This document shows, piece by piece, positions 26,129 to 36,900 of a DNA stretch of 44,165 nt. Position 1 is the stretch's first letter. Each line of letters starts with the position of its first letter. The notes beneath the pieces were generated by a model. That model was not told the origin of the DNA. It saw only the letters and a list, made by a program, of their open reading frames with translations, and did not search any database. The stretch is from contig CAZDPG010000001.1 in the NCBI GenBank assembly GCA_964507275.1, positions 613,555 through 657,719 on the forward strand, given 5' to 3'. A program made the position numbers and the translations under genes. Source of the stretch: an uncultured Candidatus Saccharibacteria bacterium. GTDB taxonomy: Bacteria; Patescibacteriota; Minisyncoccia; Phycocordibacterales; Phycocordibacteraceae.

Positions 26129-26617
26129 ATGGCTAAGAATCAAGACGGAGACGTACTCGTGGAGGACACTGAAGATACCGGCGCGGAGGCGAGGGTCTAC
26201 GAACTCGGGTTCCATCTCGACCCAGAACTTCCTGTCGAGGAAGTGAAAAAGGTATATCAGGCAATCCGCGAGACCATCGCGGGGAAGGGTACGATTGTTG
26301 CTGAGGTCGAGCCGGAGAAAATACAACTCGCCTATACGATCTCCCGCCAGGAAGTCGCTGGTCGCCGCGATTTCAACTCGGCGTATTTCGCGTGGATCGT
26401 CTATGAGATGCTCGCAGTCGACCATGCCGCGGTAATCACCTCGGCAGATGCGAACAAGTCGATCGTCCGCTTCATCGATCTTCTGACGACGAAGGATCAG
26501 GCCCGCCACGCGCTTGAGGTCCATGAGCTCTTGGCGAAGGTGCCTGAGTCGGAGTCTTCTCCGGAGGACGTTCTCGCCACTGAGCTTGATGCCGCTCTCG
26601 AGAGCGCTGCAGCATAA
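26129..26617 (+). CDS. rpsF: 30S ribosomal protein S6 (with N- and C-terminal acidic extensions)
   Basis: YELGFHLDPELP...KIQLAYTI core, and the conserved rpsF-ssb-rpsR gene order. Confidence 0.8.
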   Translation: MAKNQDGDVLVEDTEDTGAEARVYELGFHLDPELPVEEVKKVYQAIRETIAGKGTIVAEVEPEKIQLAYTISRQEVAGRRDFNSAYFAWIVYEMLAVDHAAVITSADANKSIVRFIDLLTTKDQARHALEVHELLAKVPESESSPEDVLATELDAALESAAA

Positions 26618-26624
26618 ACAAAAC

Positions 26625-27080
26625 ATGTACCTCAACAAAGTCCTTCTCTACGGCAATCTCACTCGCGACCCTGAACTGAAGGCGCTCCCTTCTGGAGGAC
26701 AGGTAGCGAACTTTGGTCTTGCGACGAACCGTACCTTCAAGGATAAGAGCGGACAGAAGCAGGAAACGACCGAATTCCACAACGTCGTCGCGTTCGGCCG
26801 CACTGCTGAAGTCATCGCGCAGTACTGCAAGAAGGGTCGTCCGATCTACGTCGAAGGTCGCTTGCAGACCCGCTCGTGGGACGACAAGGAGACTGGCAAA
26901 AAGAATTACCGTACTGAAATCGTTATCGACACCTTCCAGTTCGGTGCTGATGGCGGCAAGGGAGGTGCGGGATACGATACATCCTCGTCGAGCGCGACTC
27001 AGGAGCAGCCTTCTTCAGGCGACGAAGGAGAGATTAAGTATCCCGAAGAAGAGATAAACCCGGAAGACATTCCTTTTTAA
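26625..27080 (+). CDS. ssb: Single-stranded DNA-binding protein
   Basis: MYLNKVLLYGNLTRDPELKALPSGGQVANFGLATNR...EFHNVVAFGRTAEV...YVEGRLQTRSW and a C-terminal acidic tip EDIPF. Confidence 0.95.
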   Translation: MYLNKVLLYGNLTRDPELKALPSGGQVANFGLATNRTFKDKSGQKQETTEFHNVVAFGRTAEVIAQYCKKGRPIYVEGRLQTRSWDDKETGKKNYRTEIVIDTFQFGADGGKGGAGYDTSSSSATQEQPSSGDEGEIKYPEEEINPEDIPF

Positions 27081-27089
27081 TTACCGAAT

Positions 27090-27296
27090 ATGGCATACCA
27101 ATCTGAACGTGAAGAGATAGAGCTCAAGAAATTCATCGACTACAAAGACGTCGTGTACTTGAAGCAGTTCACCAGTCCGCACGCGAAGATTCTCGCGAAA
27201 AAGCGCACTGGCATCCCAGCTGGCAAGCAGCGCGAGATTACGCAGGCGATTAAGCGCGCACGTTTTATGGCGCTTCTTCCGTACATCGCTGTCTAA
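27090..27296 (+). CDS. rpsR: 30S ribosomal protein S18
   Basis: [50 protein letters not shown]. Confidence 0.95.
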   Translation: MAYQSEREEIELKKFIDYKDVVYLKQFTSPHAKILAKKRTGIPAGKQREITQAIKRARFMALLPYIAV

Positions 27297-27310
27297 GAAG
27301 CTGTTTGAAA

Positions 27311-27349
27311 GCAACAAAAATCTCCGCCGAAAGCGGGGATTTTTGTTGC
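27311..27349. terminator. Bidirectional terminator between rpsR (+) and efp (-)
   Basis: 17-bp hairpin GCAACAAAAATCTCCGC / GCGGGGATTTTTGTTGC. Confidence 0.85.
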
Positions 27350-27362
27350 TCCTGGGGGCCTC

Positions 27363-27938
27363 TTATGACTTCGTGACGCGCTCGGTATATTCGGCGTTAT
27401 CGGTATTGATGCGGATGATATCGCCTGGGTTGATGAAAAGCGGGACGTTCACCTTCGCACCCGTTGAGAGGGTTGCAAGCTTAGTACCACCAGAGACCGT
27501 GTTGCCCTTCACGGCTGGTGGCGCATCCGTCACCTCGAGATCGACCTTGACCGGGATCTTGATCGTCATCGGCTTCTCCTCATAGGTCAGCACCTCGACG
27601 ACGGTGTTCGGCGCGAGCCATTGCACTTGGTCGTGTACGGCACCGGCGGGGAAGGAGAACCGATTCTTTGCATTGCCTTCCTCGGCGAACCAGCTCTCTT
27701 TCGGGTTGCTGTACAGATAGACGGCGTCCATGCGATCCGTCTCGGCCTCGTTCACGGTCTCGCTCGAGTGGAACGATATTTCGAGGACCTGTCCGGTGAC
27801 AAGATTGCGCAACTTGGTCTGATTGACCGGCTTGCGCTTCTGCATGCGGAAGATATGTGCCGAGAGCACCTCATAGGGCGCATCGTTGTAATCGATAATG
27901 GTCTTGGGAAGAATTTCGTTGTATGACAGTACCGCCAT
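27363..27938 (-). CDS. efp: Elongation factor P
   Basis: YEVLSAHIFRMQKRKPVNQTKLRNLVTGQVLEISF and the C-terminal OB-domain pattern. Confidence 0.95.
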   Translation of the reverse strand: MAVLSYNEILPKTIIDYNDAPYEVLSAHIFRMQKRKPVNQTKLRNLVTGQVLEISFHSSETVNEAETDRMDAVYLYSNPKESWFAEEGNAKNRFSFPAGAVHDQVQWLAPNTVVEVLTYEEKPMTIKIPVKVDLEVTDAPPAVKGNTVSGGTKLATLSTGAKVNVPLFINPGDIIRINTDNAEYTERVTKS

Positions 27939-28017
27939 GTTCTTGAAACTAGATGCTGATAAATCTCGTTATAAAAAGTACCGCCAACGGCGGACTAAGG
28001 GTATGATACAGGGCATT

Positions 28018-28599
28018 ATGAGTTTTTCAACTACCGACAGCTTTGCTGAGCTTCCTGACGCTGAGATTCTTGCCCGCTCCCGGAAAGAGCCGGACCTCTT
28101 CGCCACCCTTGTCCGGCGTCACGAAGCGGCGCTTCTACGGCGCGCCCGCACGATACTCCGGAGTCCGGAGGATGCCGAAGAGGCGGTACAGGATGCGTTC
28201 ACAAAAATGTACCTCTACGCGGACCGGTACCACGAGCAGGAAGGAGCGAGCTTCTCGTCGTGGATGTACACGATTCTGAACCGCGTCGCTTTCACTAAGT
28301 ACGCCGCACGCAAGAAAGAGTGGGGGAGGGTCGCCGAGCTCGAACCGGAACACTATGAATCACTACCGGATGCCCGCGCGGAGTTTCTCGAAGATCTCTC
28401 AATACGCGACGAGGTTGTCGCGGCACTCGCGAAGATACCTGACACTGCCGCGCGATTCCTCCGACTACAGTTCATCGAGGGGAAGACTCAGGAAGAGATA
28501 GCGGCAGCGGAGCAGCTCTCGATTCCCGCTGTGAAGACTCGTGTGCATCGCGCGAAGAAAATGTTTAAACAAGCCTATGACGAACAACACCATGACTGA
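28018..28599 (+). CDS. ECF-type RNA polymerase sigma factor (start 28003 or 28018)
   Basis: Region 2 (PEDAEEAVQDAFTKMY...WMYTILNRVA) and region 4 (GKTQEEIAAAEQLSIPAVKTRVHRAKK). TATGAT at 28002-28007 favours ATG 28018. Confidence 0.85.
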   Translation: MSFSTTDSFAELPDAEILARSRKEPDLFATLVRRHEAALLRRARTILRSPEDAEEAVQDAFTKMYLYADRYHEQEGASFSSWMYTILNRVAFTKYAARKKEWGRVAELEPEHYESLPDARAEFLEDLSIRDEVVAALAKIPDTAARFLRLQFIEGKTQEEIAAAEQLSIPAVKTRVHRAKKMFKQAYDEQHHD

Positions 28600-28921
28600 C
28601 ACCCACACCGACATCGAACGCATCGTGATGCGCCGCGTGCATCTCATCCGCATATTGAAGCTCATCATATCGACGGCCGTCTTTGCCACTCTCGCGTTCG
28701 TCGCGACACTCTGGGGTATCGGGCAGGAAGTCTGGGTCGCGCACGTGTTCGAGAACAGTCCTGATGGATTCTTCGGTCGTCTCGGCTACCTCTGGTACGC
28801 CTTCGTGCATACCAGGCTTCTCGTCCAGGTGCTCATGACTCTCACTCTCACTTCGCTCGGCTTCCTCATTCGCGAGGTCGTCCGCCTTTCTCTCAATCTC
28901 TTCGCTCCCTCTCGTGTGTAA
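28577..28921 (+). CDS. Putative membrane anti-sigma factor
   Basis: It overlaps the sigma gene stop and has 2-3 TM segments. The assignment rests on position only. Confidence 0.45.
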   Translation: MTNNTMTDTHTDIERIVMRRVHLIRILKLIISTAVFATLAFVATLWGIGQEVWVAHVFENSPDGFFGRLGYLWYAFVHTRLLVQVLMTLTLTSLGFLIREVVRLSLNLFAPSRV

Positions 28922-28930
28922 TTTTGCGTT

Positions 28931-28951
28931 GCGGAAGGTTTAACCTTCCGC
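28931..28951. terminator. Hairpin shared by the convergent anti-sigma candidate and recA
   Basis: GCGGAAGG-TTTAA-CCTTCCGC. It overlaps the recA stop codon. Confidence 0.5.
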
Positions 28952-29989
28952 GAGCTTCGCTCTGATCTGCTTCAGAAGCTCCTTCGATGCGGCTTTGTCT
29001 TCGCGGAGTGTCGTACGCGCTGCATCGTAGCCGCGGCCGAGCGCGATATCACCGAACTTGTAGGAAGCGCCTGATTTCTGTACGAGGTCGAATTTCTCGC
29101 CGAGTGCGAGAAGCTCGCCCTCCTTGGAAATGCCCTCGTTATAGAGAAGGTCGAACTCGGTTGTCTTGAACGGCGCAGCGACTTTATTCTTGACCACCTT
29201 CACGCGTACCCGGCCGCCGACGACTTCTTCGCCTTTCTTAATGGAGGCTATGCGCCGGATATCGAGTCGTACTGAGGTATAGAACTTGAGCGCTTTGCCG
29301 CCTGGCGTCGTCTCGGGATTTCCGAACATGACGCCTATCTGCATGCGTATCTGGTTGATGAATATCACAATCGTCTTGCTGCGTGCGGCGATGGCCGTGA
29401 GTTTGCGCAGAGCCTGACTCATGAGGCGTGCTTGTTTGCCGACGTGTTGCTGGCCCATCTCTCCCTCAATTTCATCTTTCGGTGTGAGGGCTGCCACGGA
29501 GTCGACGACGATGACGTCGACATTTCCGCTTCGCACCAGGCTTTCGACGATGTCGAGCGCTTGTTCGCCGGTATCTGGCTGGGAGATGAGCATCTCGGAG
29601 AGCTTTACACCAATGCGTCGGGCATATTCAGGATCGAAAGCATGTTCAGCGTCGACGAATGCCGCAATGCCACCTTCTTTCTGTGCTTCAGCGACTACAT
29701 GTAATGCGAGGGTCGTCTTACCTGACGATTCTGGACCGAATATCTCAATGATGCGTCCGCGGGGGAGGCCGCCCACGCCAAGTGCTGCATCGAGCCCGAT
29801 AGACCCGGTCGGAATCGCTGGGATCTTCTGTGGTGTGCCGGCACCGAAGGTGGTTATGGCTTCATCACCGAACTTGGTGCGAATGTCCTTGAGTGCCTGA
29901 TCGATCGATTTCTGTCGCTCATCCTTATCAGAGCTTGCTGCGGTGACTGTCTTCAACACTTTTTCTTTTTTTGGTTTTCCGAATGCCAT
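28940..29989 (-). CDS. recA: Recombinase RecA
   Basis: [20 protein letters not shown] (Walker A) and [13 protein letters not shown]. Colinear with RecA over the full length. Confidence 0.97.
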   Translation of the reverse strand: MAFGKPKKEKVLKTVTAASSDKDERQKSIDQALKDIRTKFGDEAITTFGAGTPQKIPAIPTGSIGLDAALGVGGLPRGRIIEIFGPESSGKTTLALHVVAEAQKEGGIAAFVDAEHAFDPEYARRIGVKLSEMLISQPDTGEQALDIVESLVRSGNVDVIVVDSVAALTPKDEIEGEMGQQHVGKQARLMSQALRKLTAIAARSKTIVIFINQIRMQIGVMFGNPETTPGGKALKFYTSVRLDIRRIASIKKGEEVVGGRVRVKVVKNKVAAPFKTTEFDLLYNEGISKEGELLALGEKFDLVQKSGASYKFGDIALGRGYDAARTTLREDKAASKELLKQIRAKLAEG

Positions 29990-30019
29990 ACGAATGGTAC
30001 TAAGTTGTAATAAGAAGAA

Positions 30020-30343
30020 TCAGGGGACAAAAATGGTACGGGTTGTGGTGATACTCCTTCCGAAACGGTCGGTCGCTACGAAGGTAAGTATAGACCCTCC
30101 TTGCGGAAAGGTAAGTGTCGACGAGAACGACCCAGTTTCATCGTGAAGCAGGGAATGGCCATTAAGTGTGAGCTTAGCGATGCGTGCCGCACTCCCTCGT
30201 GCCACGACAATCCCGTCTGGGAACGGAGCCCCATCTCGTGGGGATTCGACCGAAAGGGAGGGTCCCGCGATAAGAGGCCATGCTTCTACGAGACCGTACG
30301 CCGCAAGGAGGAAGAGGGCGACGGCGATCAGATAGCGGGTCAT
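30020..30343 (-). CDS. Hypothetical secreted small protein
   Basis: Signal peptide MTRYLIAVALFLLAAYGLVEA followed by a beta-rich 85-aa body. It lies between ftsK and recA on the same strand. Confidence 0.55.
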   Translation of the reverse strand: MTRYLIAVALFLLAAYGLVEAWPLIAGPSLSVESPRDGAPFPDGIVVARGSAARIAKLTLNGHSLLHDETGSFSSTLTFPQGGSILTFVATDRFGRSITTTRTIFVP

Positions 30344-30352
30344 GGAGGGAAG

Positions 30353-32578
30353 TTAGAAGGTCTCGTCGTCGGTGGTGTCTGTGGGCCTTCCTGCGGCGGA
30401 TAGAATTTCGCGTGGTTTCGATCCATCCGCCGCGCCGATGACACCCTTCGATTCGAGTACATCCATGAGTCGTGCGGCACGTGAATAACCAATTTTCAGT
30501 TTCCGTTGGAGATACGACGTCGAAGCACGTCCAGCTTCTTCGACTGCCTGCTTAGCATCTTCATAAAGGTCATCGTCGATATCTTCATCATCATCGAAGC
30601 TGCCGTTCACGAGCCCGATGACGTCATTCGGTTCCATACTCTGAACACCGGTCGTGCCAGGGCCACCGAAGTCGATGCTTGAGAGGTCCCCGGCATTATG
30701 GCTCTTGATGTAGCCCACGACTTTCTTCACCTCGTTCTCGCTGATGTACGCGGTCTGGATGCGCACCGGCTTCTGCATGTCGCTCGAGAGATAGAGCATG
30801 TCGCCTGCGCCGAGCAGAGTCTCCGCGCCCGAACCATCGAGGATTGTGCGTGAGTCTATCTGGGAGGCGACCTGGAGCGCCATACGTGTCGGCACGTTCG
30901 CTTTGATGAGGCCGGTGATGACGTTTACTGACGGTCGCTGGGTGGAGAGGATGAGGTGGATGCCCACGGCGCGGCTCATCTGGGCGAGGCGGACGATGGA
31001 TGCCTCAAGCTCGCGCGGATAGCTCTGCATGATGTCGGCGAGCTCGTCGATGAATATCGCTATATAAGGAAGCGCTTCTGGTATATCTTCGCCGCCTTTC
31101 TTCTTCGCCGGCTCGAATATGGAGGAGTGATAGGAATCGATATCTCGGACATGGTTCGATTCGAGGATGTTGTAGCGGCGTTCCATCTCTTTTGCGGCCC
31201 ACTTGAGTGAGAATATCGCCTTCTTCGGGTCGGTGATGACCGGAGTGAGGAGGTGCGGGATACCATTATAAAGAGTGAGCTCGACACGCTTCGGATCGAT
31301 CATGATGAAGCGTAGCTGGTTCGGGCCATTTCTATAGAGCAGGGAAGTGATGAGCGCGTGGATGGCGACCGACTTTCCGCTTCCAGTCGCGCCAGCGACG
31401 AGGCCGTGCGGCATCTTCGCGATGTTGATGTAGTGCGGCGTGCCGGTGATATCGCGGCCGAGTGCGGCAAGGAGCGGCTTGGTGCTATCGGACCACTCAG
31501 GCGTTCCGAGTAGACCGCCAAGGCCGACCATAGCTTTCACGGAGTTCGGTACTTCAATACCGACGAGCGACTTACCCGGGATAGGTGCTTCGATACGCAC
31601 CGGGTGCGCTGCAAGCGCAAGCTCGAGGTTATTCGCGAGCGAGACGATCTTAGAAAGACGCACTCCCTCGGCCGGCTTTACAGCATACCGAGTAACGGTC
31701 GGTCCGACTGATACTTCGTCCATCTCAAGATTGATACCAAAGTTCTGGAATGTGCGTTTGATGATGTTCGCATTTGCTTTTATATCGCCCACTCCTGGCT
31801 TTCCCTTGTCTGCACCGAGTATGGAGAGCGGGGGAGCCTCGTATTCGGCATCAAAATTGGCAATACCGCTTCCCGTTGCGGCGCCCGCGCGGTTGAAGAC
31901 ATTTATGACCGGTTCGTGTTCAGGTGTCTGGACAGGTTCCTCGTCCTCCTCCTCGTATTCCTCATCATCAGATTCAGGGACGCCGACCACGTCGTTGAAC
32001 TCTTCATCCCCCTCAAGTTGTTCTTCTTCGCGTCCTGTTCGTGCTGTCTTTATGCGTTCCCAGAGGACAAGTACGTTCTCGCTCATGAGCATGACGAGTG
32101 CTTCGATATCGCTCACTATCGCGACACCAACAGCAATAGCTGCGATGAGGAGTACGAATGTTCCCCAGAATCCAAAGAATCCAGAAAGCATTGCACCGAA
32201 CCATGCTCCCGCTTCGCCACCGAAGTCAGCGCCAGGGAAGAGTCCTGCAAAAGCGAGTACCGATGCTGCGATGAGGAGCGTGCCGGACGCCGTGAGAGGC
32301 TCGATAGTCGGACGACCGAATCCTGCGTAGAGGCCGACAACTATGAGAGCGATGGGTAAGAGAAATGATCCGATCCCGACGATGGCGTAACTTGTCGTGA
32401 ATACGGCGGAGCCGACAGGACCTGCTGCTCCAAATATTGAAAGTGCAAACAAGACTCCCGAAGCGAGAAGAGCAATCGTCGATGCATACCGAATGACAGC
32501 ATCGTATTCTTTGACTTCTTTCTCGCGTGTACGGGCTCGTCGCGTGCCGTTGCCGTTTCTGCTTTCTTTGCGAGCCAT
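30353..32578 (-). CDS. ftsK: DNA translocase FtsK/SpoIIIE
   Basis: N-terminal TM segments, motor domain GATGSGKSV (Walker A) and FIDELAD (Walker B), and a C-terminal gamma wHTH (YLQRKLKIGYSRAARLMD). Start taken at MARKESR. Confidence 0.9.
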   Translation of the reverse strand: MARKESRNGNGTRRARTREKEVKEYDAVIRYASTIALLASGVLFALSIFGAAGPVGSAVFTTSYAIVGIGSFLLPIALIVVGLYAGFGRPTIEPLTASGTLLIAASVLAFAGLFPGADFGGEAGAWFGAMLSGFFGFWGTFVLLIAAIAVGVAIVSDIEALVMLMSENVLVLWERIKTARTGREEEQLEGDEEFNDVVGVPESDDEEYEEEDEEPVQTPEHEPVINVFNRAGAATGSGIANFDAEYEAPPLSILGADKGKPGVGDIKANANIIKRTFQNFGINLEMDEVSVGPTVTRYAVKPAEGVRLSKIVSLANNLELALAAHPVRIEAPIPGKSLVGIEVPNSVKAMVGLGGLLGTPEWSDSTKPLLAALGRDITGTPHYINIAKMPHGLVAGATGSGKSVAIHALITSLLYRNGPNQLRFIMIDPKRVELTLYNGIPHLLTPVITDPKKAIFSLKWAAKEMERRYNILESNHVRDIDSYHSSIFEPAKKKGGEDIPEALPYIAIFIDELADIMQSYPRELEASIVRLAQMSRAVGIHLILSTQRPSVNVITGLIKANVPTRMALQVASQIDSRTILDGSGAETLLGAGDMLYLSSDMQKPVRIQTAYISENEVKKVVGYIKSHNAGDLSSIDFGGPGTTGVQSMEPNDVIGLVNGSFDDDEDIDDDLYEDAKQAVEEAGRASTSYLQRKLKIGYSRAARLMDVLESKGVIGAADGSKPREILSAAGRPTDTTDDETF

Positions 32579-32724
32579 GATGCACATATTATACATCACC
32601 ATCTGACACAGTAGGGTCTCACCTCAAGACAGAATTGGAAGAACCTCGAGGGCGGGCGCTCATTGCATAACATTATAAGTACCATGCGAAGTCATGGACA
32701 CGCCAGGGGAGGTTTAGGACAAGC

Positions 32725-32752
32725 TTGCGAGGGAAGAGTGCGAGAGTATACT
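32725..32752 (+). promoter_or_regulatory. Promoter for the wHTH gene
   Basis: TTGCGA at 32725-32730, a 16-nt spacer, then TATACT at 32747-32752, 12 nt before ATG 32765. Confidence 0.45.
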
Positions 32753-32764
32753 GTCTCATACGAT

Positions 32765-33571
32765 ATGAGACATGTTCAATCAGACACGGGACAGAACACA
32801 AAAATACAGACCCATGTTACGAATGGGAAGTACGCCAGTAATGAGGATTTTGTCTTAGAAAAAAGCATATTTAATAACATTTTTGAAAAGGACATACGGA
32901 GAGTATTTATTTATAAGAAGGCAGAACGCTTGGCAAAAGCGCTCCACCTCATCGTCCCAGCGTTCATAGAATCAGACTCTTTGCGGAACAGGATCGATGC
33001 AATCGCGATCGGTCTCGTTGACGCAGCGGTGCTTCCTCCCGGTATTGCACGCACAGCGCTTGCACGCGAGCTCCTCGCGCTCTCGAGCGTCCTGTCCATT
33101 GCGCGGACAGGAGGGCTTCTTTCTACGATGAATGCCGAGCTTATTACTCGAGAAGCGCATATTTTGCTTCAGGAAATCGCCGCATATGAAGAGCCTCGGC
33201 TTTTTCTCGATGAGTCCCCGACACTGTCCGGTATTGCAAAGAGTGCACTCAAACGGGACGTTCTTCAGAGTGCACATCCAGGAGCGATGAAGCGGATCGA
33301 ACAAAGACCTGTTGCAGCGAGGAAGCACTCAGCTGGCGCTAAAGGACATGTAAAGGACATCAAGAGTGCCACACATGCGCCAGTAAAGGACAGACAAGAG
33401 GCTGTACTGTCCGTTATACGGAATAAAGGGAGTGTGAGTATAAAAGATATCTCCACGATCATACGCGGCGTATCCGAGAAGACCATTCAGCGCGAGCTCA
33501 TGGCACTCATTGATTCCGGTATTGTCGTGAAGCAGGGGGAGCGCCGTTGGAGCACTTATTCTCTCGCGTAA
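32765..33571 (+). CDS. Hypothetical protein with C-terminal winged-helix (DeoR-like) DNA-binding domain (start uncertain; the ORF opens at 32663)
   Basis: RQEAVLSVIRNKGSVSIKDISTIIRGVSEKTIQRELMALIDSGIVVKQGERRWSTYSL. Confidence 0.6.
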   Translation: MRHVQSDTGQNTKIQTHVTNGKYASNEDFVLEKSIFNNIFEKDIRRVFIYKKAERLAKALHLIVPAFIESDSLRNRIDAIAIGLVDAAVLPPGIARTALARELLALSSVLSIARTGGLLSTMNAELITREAHILLQEIAAYEEPRLFLDESPTLSGIAKSALKRDVLQSAHPGAMKRIEQRPVAARKHSAGAKGHVKDIKSATHAPVKDRQEAVLSVIRNKGSVSIKDISTIIRGVSEKTIQRELMALIDSGIVVKQGERRWSTYSLA

Positions 33572-33603
33572 TCTGGAGTTCTGGGAGGGGAGACATGGCC
33601 CTC

Positions 33604-33632
33604 TTGGCAGAATCGGTCATTTCTGCTACTAT
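33604..33632 (+). promoter_or_regulatory. Strong sigma70-like promoter in the 400-nt spacer upstream of the surface-protein gene
   Basis: TTGGCA at 33604-33609, a 17-nt spacer ending in TG-c, then TACTAT at 33627-33632. Confidence 0.5.
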
Positions 33633-33670
33633 CTTCTTGTGGTAGCGACTAGGGCATAGGGGTGAGAAAA

Positions 33671-33695
33671 AGACCGGAAACGGTCTCTTTTCCGT
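33671..33695 (+). terminator. Hairpin plus T-tract about 35 nt downstream of the 33604 promoter
   Basis: AGACCG-GAAA-CGGTCT followed by CTTTTCC. Confidence 0.55.
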
Positions 33696-33972
33696 ACCTT
33701 ATTTCCGTTCGTTATCCACACATCAGCACAAGGGAACGGTAGATTCGCTATATACTTAGCGATAGTCCTTACGGGGGCTCTATTCGTTCCCGAAGGGCGT
33801 ACTTTGATAACTGAATAGCGGCTTTAGCTCGGCCGCATCAACTCTTGCCAACTAACCCATGGCGCACTGGTCGATACCGTGCGCTGTGGGGTAGTGTGAA
33901 AGTGCGCAGTGCTCTATGTGTGCGAACTCAAATTGATTAACCATGTGCTCCTTAAAATAATTAACAATTGTT

Positions 33973-36900
33973 ATGACTACAGTAACTACAAAAGCGATGG
34001 CGAAAGTCGCAGCGGTAGCGACTGGACTCGCGATGGCGACCTCGATGCTCTCGCTTGCGCCTATGGCGCATGCAGCAGCGTTGACCGACGCGCAGGTCTC
34101 GTCGATCCTCTCGCTTCTCACGTCGTTCGGTGCTGACGCATCGACGATCGCAAACGTTCAGGCATCGCTTACGGGCGGTACGCCGACGAGCACTGGTTCT
34201 GGCTCGACGTCTTCTTCTTACACCTTCACGCGCGACCTCACGGTCGGCTCGACTGGTGCAGATGTGACGGCACTCCAGAATGCCCTTATCGCTAAGGGAC
34301 ACGGCATTGCAGCAGGCGCAACTGGCTACTTCGGTGCCCAGACAGTCGCTGCAGTGAAGGCGTGGCAGGTAGCAGCTGGCATCACGCCAGCAGCCGGCTA
34401 CTTCGGTCCTAAGTCGCGCGCAGCCTTCGGTGGCGGCGTGTCGACTGGCGGCACCACGACGGGTGGAGTAAGCGCAGGTACGGGCACTGGCCTCAAGGTC
34501 TCGCTCGCATCTGACTCTCCGAACAACGTCGCTTTGGTTCAGGGCCAGGCAATCGGTGCACTCGCAAAGTTCACCTTCGCGAACCCGACCAGCTCTGACA
34601 TCAAGGTCACGAACGTCGGCTTCAAGCGCATCGGTGTCAGCAATGACTCCACGCTTGTAAACGTCTACCTCTACAATGGCGCAAAGCGCGTCACTGATTC
34701 GGCAGGCTTGAGCAACTCGGCGTTCAACTTCAACGACCCGACGGGCGTCTTCACGGTCCCAGCAGGCCAGACCTACTCGGTCTCGGTCCTCGCTGATATC
34801 GCAGGCTCCACGTCTGGCCAGCAGGTTGGCGTACAGCTCGTCTCGGTCACGTCGACCGGTACGCTCGATTCCTCGGTGTCGTTCCCGGTAAACGGTTACA
34901 CACAGTCGGTCTCGGCAGCTACGCTCGCAACGGTTGACTTCAACACCACAACGCTTCCTTCATCTTCATCCGTGAATCCTCAGAACGACTACGTCGTCTG
35001 GCAGAACTCGGTGACGATCGGAACGCGCGCAGTGAAGATGTCTTCCTTCCAGCTCCGCAATGTCGGTTCTATCAAGAACACCGACATCAACAACCTCCGC
35101 CTCTACGTAGACGGCGTGCAGGCTGGCAGCGCAGCAACGATCAGCTCGGTTGATAGCACGGTGACGTGGGATCTCTCGGCTGCTCCGCTTACGCTCCAGA
35201 CTGGCGGTCGCGTTGTGAAGGTCGTCGGCGATATCGTCGGTGGCTCGAACAGCACGTTCCAGTTCTCGCTCCGCCGCGCATCTGATGCGTCGATGATCGA
35301 TACTGATCTCAATCAGCCGGTCCTCGCAACGGCAAACGGTTCTACCTTCAGCGCACGTTCAGCAACTTCGGCTACGATCGCAGCAGGTACCGTTTCCTCG
35401 GTAAAGGCGAACAACTCTCCTTCTTCCAGCGTCTCGCTTGGCGCGACGAACGTGAAGTGGGCGAGCTTCGAACTCCGCGCAGCTGGCGAAGACGTGAAAG
35501 TTGAAAACATCGATGTTCAGGCGAACACGTCGCTCGACCACGGTCTCGACAACGGTAAGGTCTTCCTCAATGGCGTTCAGGTCGGTTCTACCAAGGACCT
35601 CACTGATGCTGCAGACGTGAACTTCACCTTCGGTTCTTCCTTCATCTTGAAGGCAGGCACGACGGCCGTTGTTGACGTCTACGCTGATGCGAAGACTTCG
35701 ACGGGTGCTGCGTTCACCGACGGTGATACGGCAGCGATTACTCTCGGTCTCGGCGCCTCAAACGGCCAGGGCCAGGTATCGCTCACCAGCATCAATGTCC
35801 CGACATCTGACGTGACGGCAAACACCATCACGATCACCTCGTCGACGGCAACGCTGACGAAGTACTCGGGTTACGCAAACACGACCATGATTGCTGGCAC
35901 GAACAATGCCAAGCTCGGTTCGTTCACGCTCTCGACCGGTGCTACGGAAGGGATGAATGTGAACACCATCACGGTCACGCTCTCCACTGCTGAGGCAGCA
36001 ACTGTTACCGACCTCAAGCTCGTCGACAATGCGACGGGTGCACAGATTGGTTCGACGAAGCCGACCGCAGCGGATAGCAACTCGTTCTCCGTCAACTTCG
36101 ACATGCCGGCATCTGCGACGAAAGTCGTGAACATTGTCGCTAACGTCAAGTCTGGCGCAAACGCAGGTCCGTGGGCAGCGTTCGTCGATGGTTCGGGTAC
36201 TGGTTCTTCAACTGGTTCTTCGATCACCTTCGGCAGCTCGTCCTCGAACGCGCTTCAGACGATTACGATCGGCTCGGCTGTTCTTACAGCAGTGTCCGGC
36301 GTATCGCCTGACAACCAGAACGTGATTGCTGGTGCTTCGATGGTGAAGGTCGGTACATTCGACTTCACCGCGCAGTACTCTGGCTACACGATCGACAAGA
36401 TCAAGGTGAAGGTCCTCGCAGATGCTGCGACGGCAGTCTCCTCGATCACGCTCAAGTACCCAGACAGCACGGGCACCTCGGTGTCCTCGTCACAGAACGT
36501 CACGGTCTCTTCGGGTGCTCAGACACACGCAACGTCGACCTTCGAAGGTCTCACGTTCTACGTCCCTGCTGGCACAACGAAGAAGCTCGACGTGTACATG
36601 AACCTCAGCGCTATCCAGGCTGACGGTGATTCGGGCAAGTCAGTTACGGCAATCCTCGACTACAACGAAGGCTTCCACGCAACGGATTCCTCCGGTACTG
36701 CAGACGAGTCGCTCACTGCCTCGGCTGACCTCGCTTCGACTGACACGTCTGGCAAGGGTACGCTCGTCGTTCGCAAGTCGATTCCTACCATGAGCGTCGG
36801 CAATGCCGCCCTCGTTGGTGGAACGCTCACGAACGGATCGAACAAGGCAATCGCTAGCGTGAAGATTACGGCAGATGCTGCTGGTGACGTGAGCTGGAAC

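Noticed and set aside
31440-32330. 296-aa plus-strand ORF (also 31916..32359)
   Set aside because: It is antisense to ftsK, and its Ser/Pro/Ala-rich low-complexity translation marks it as a shadow ORF.
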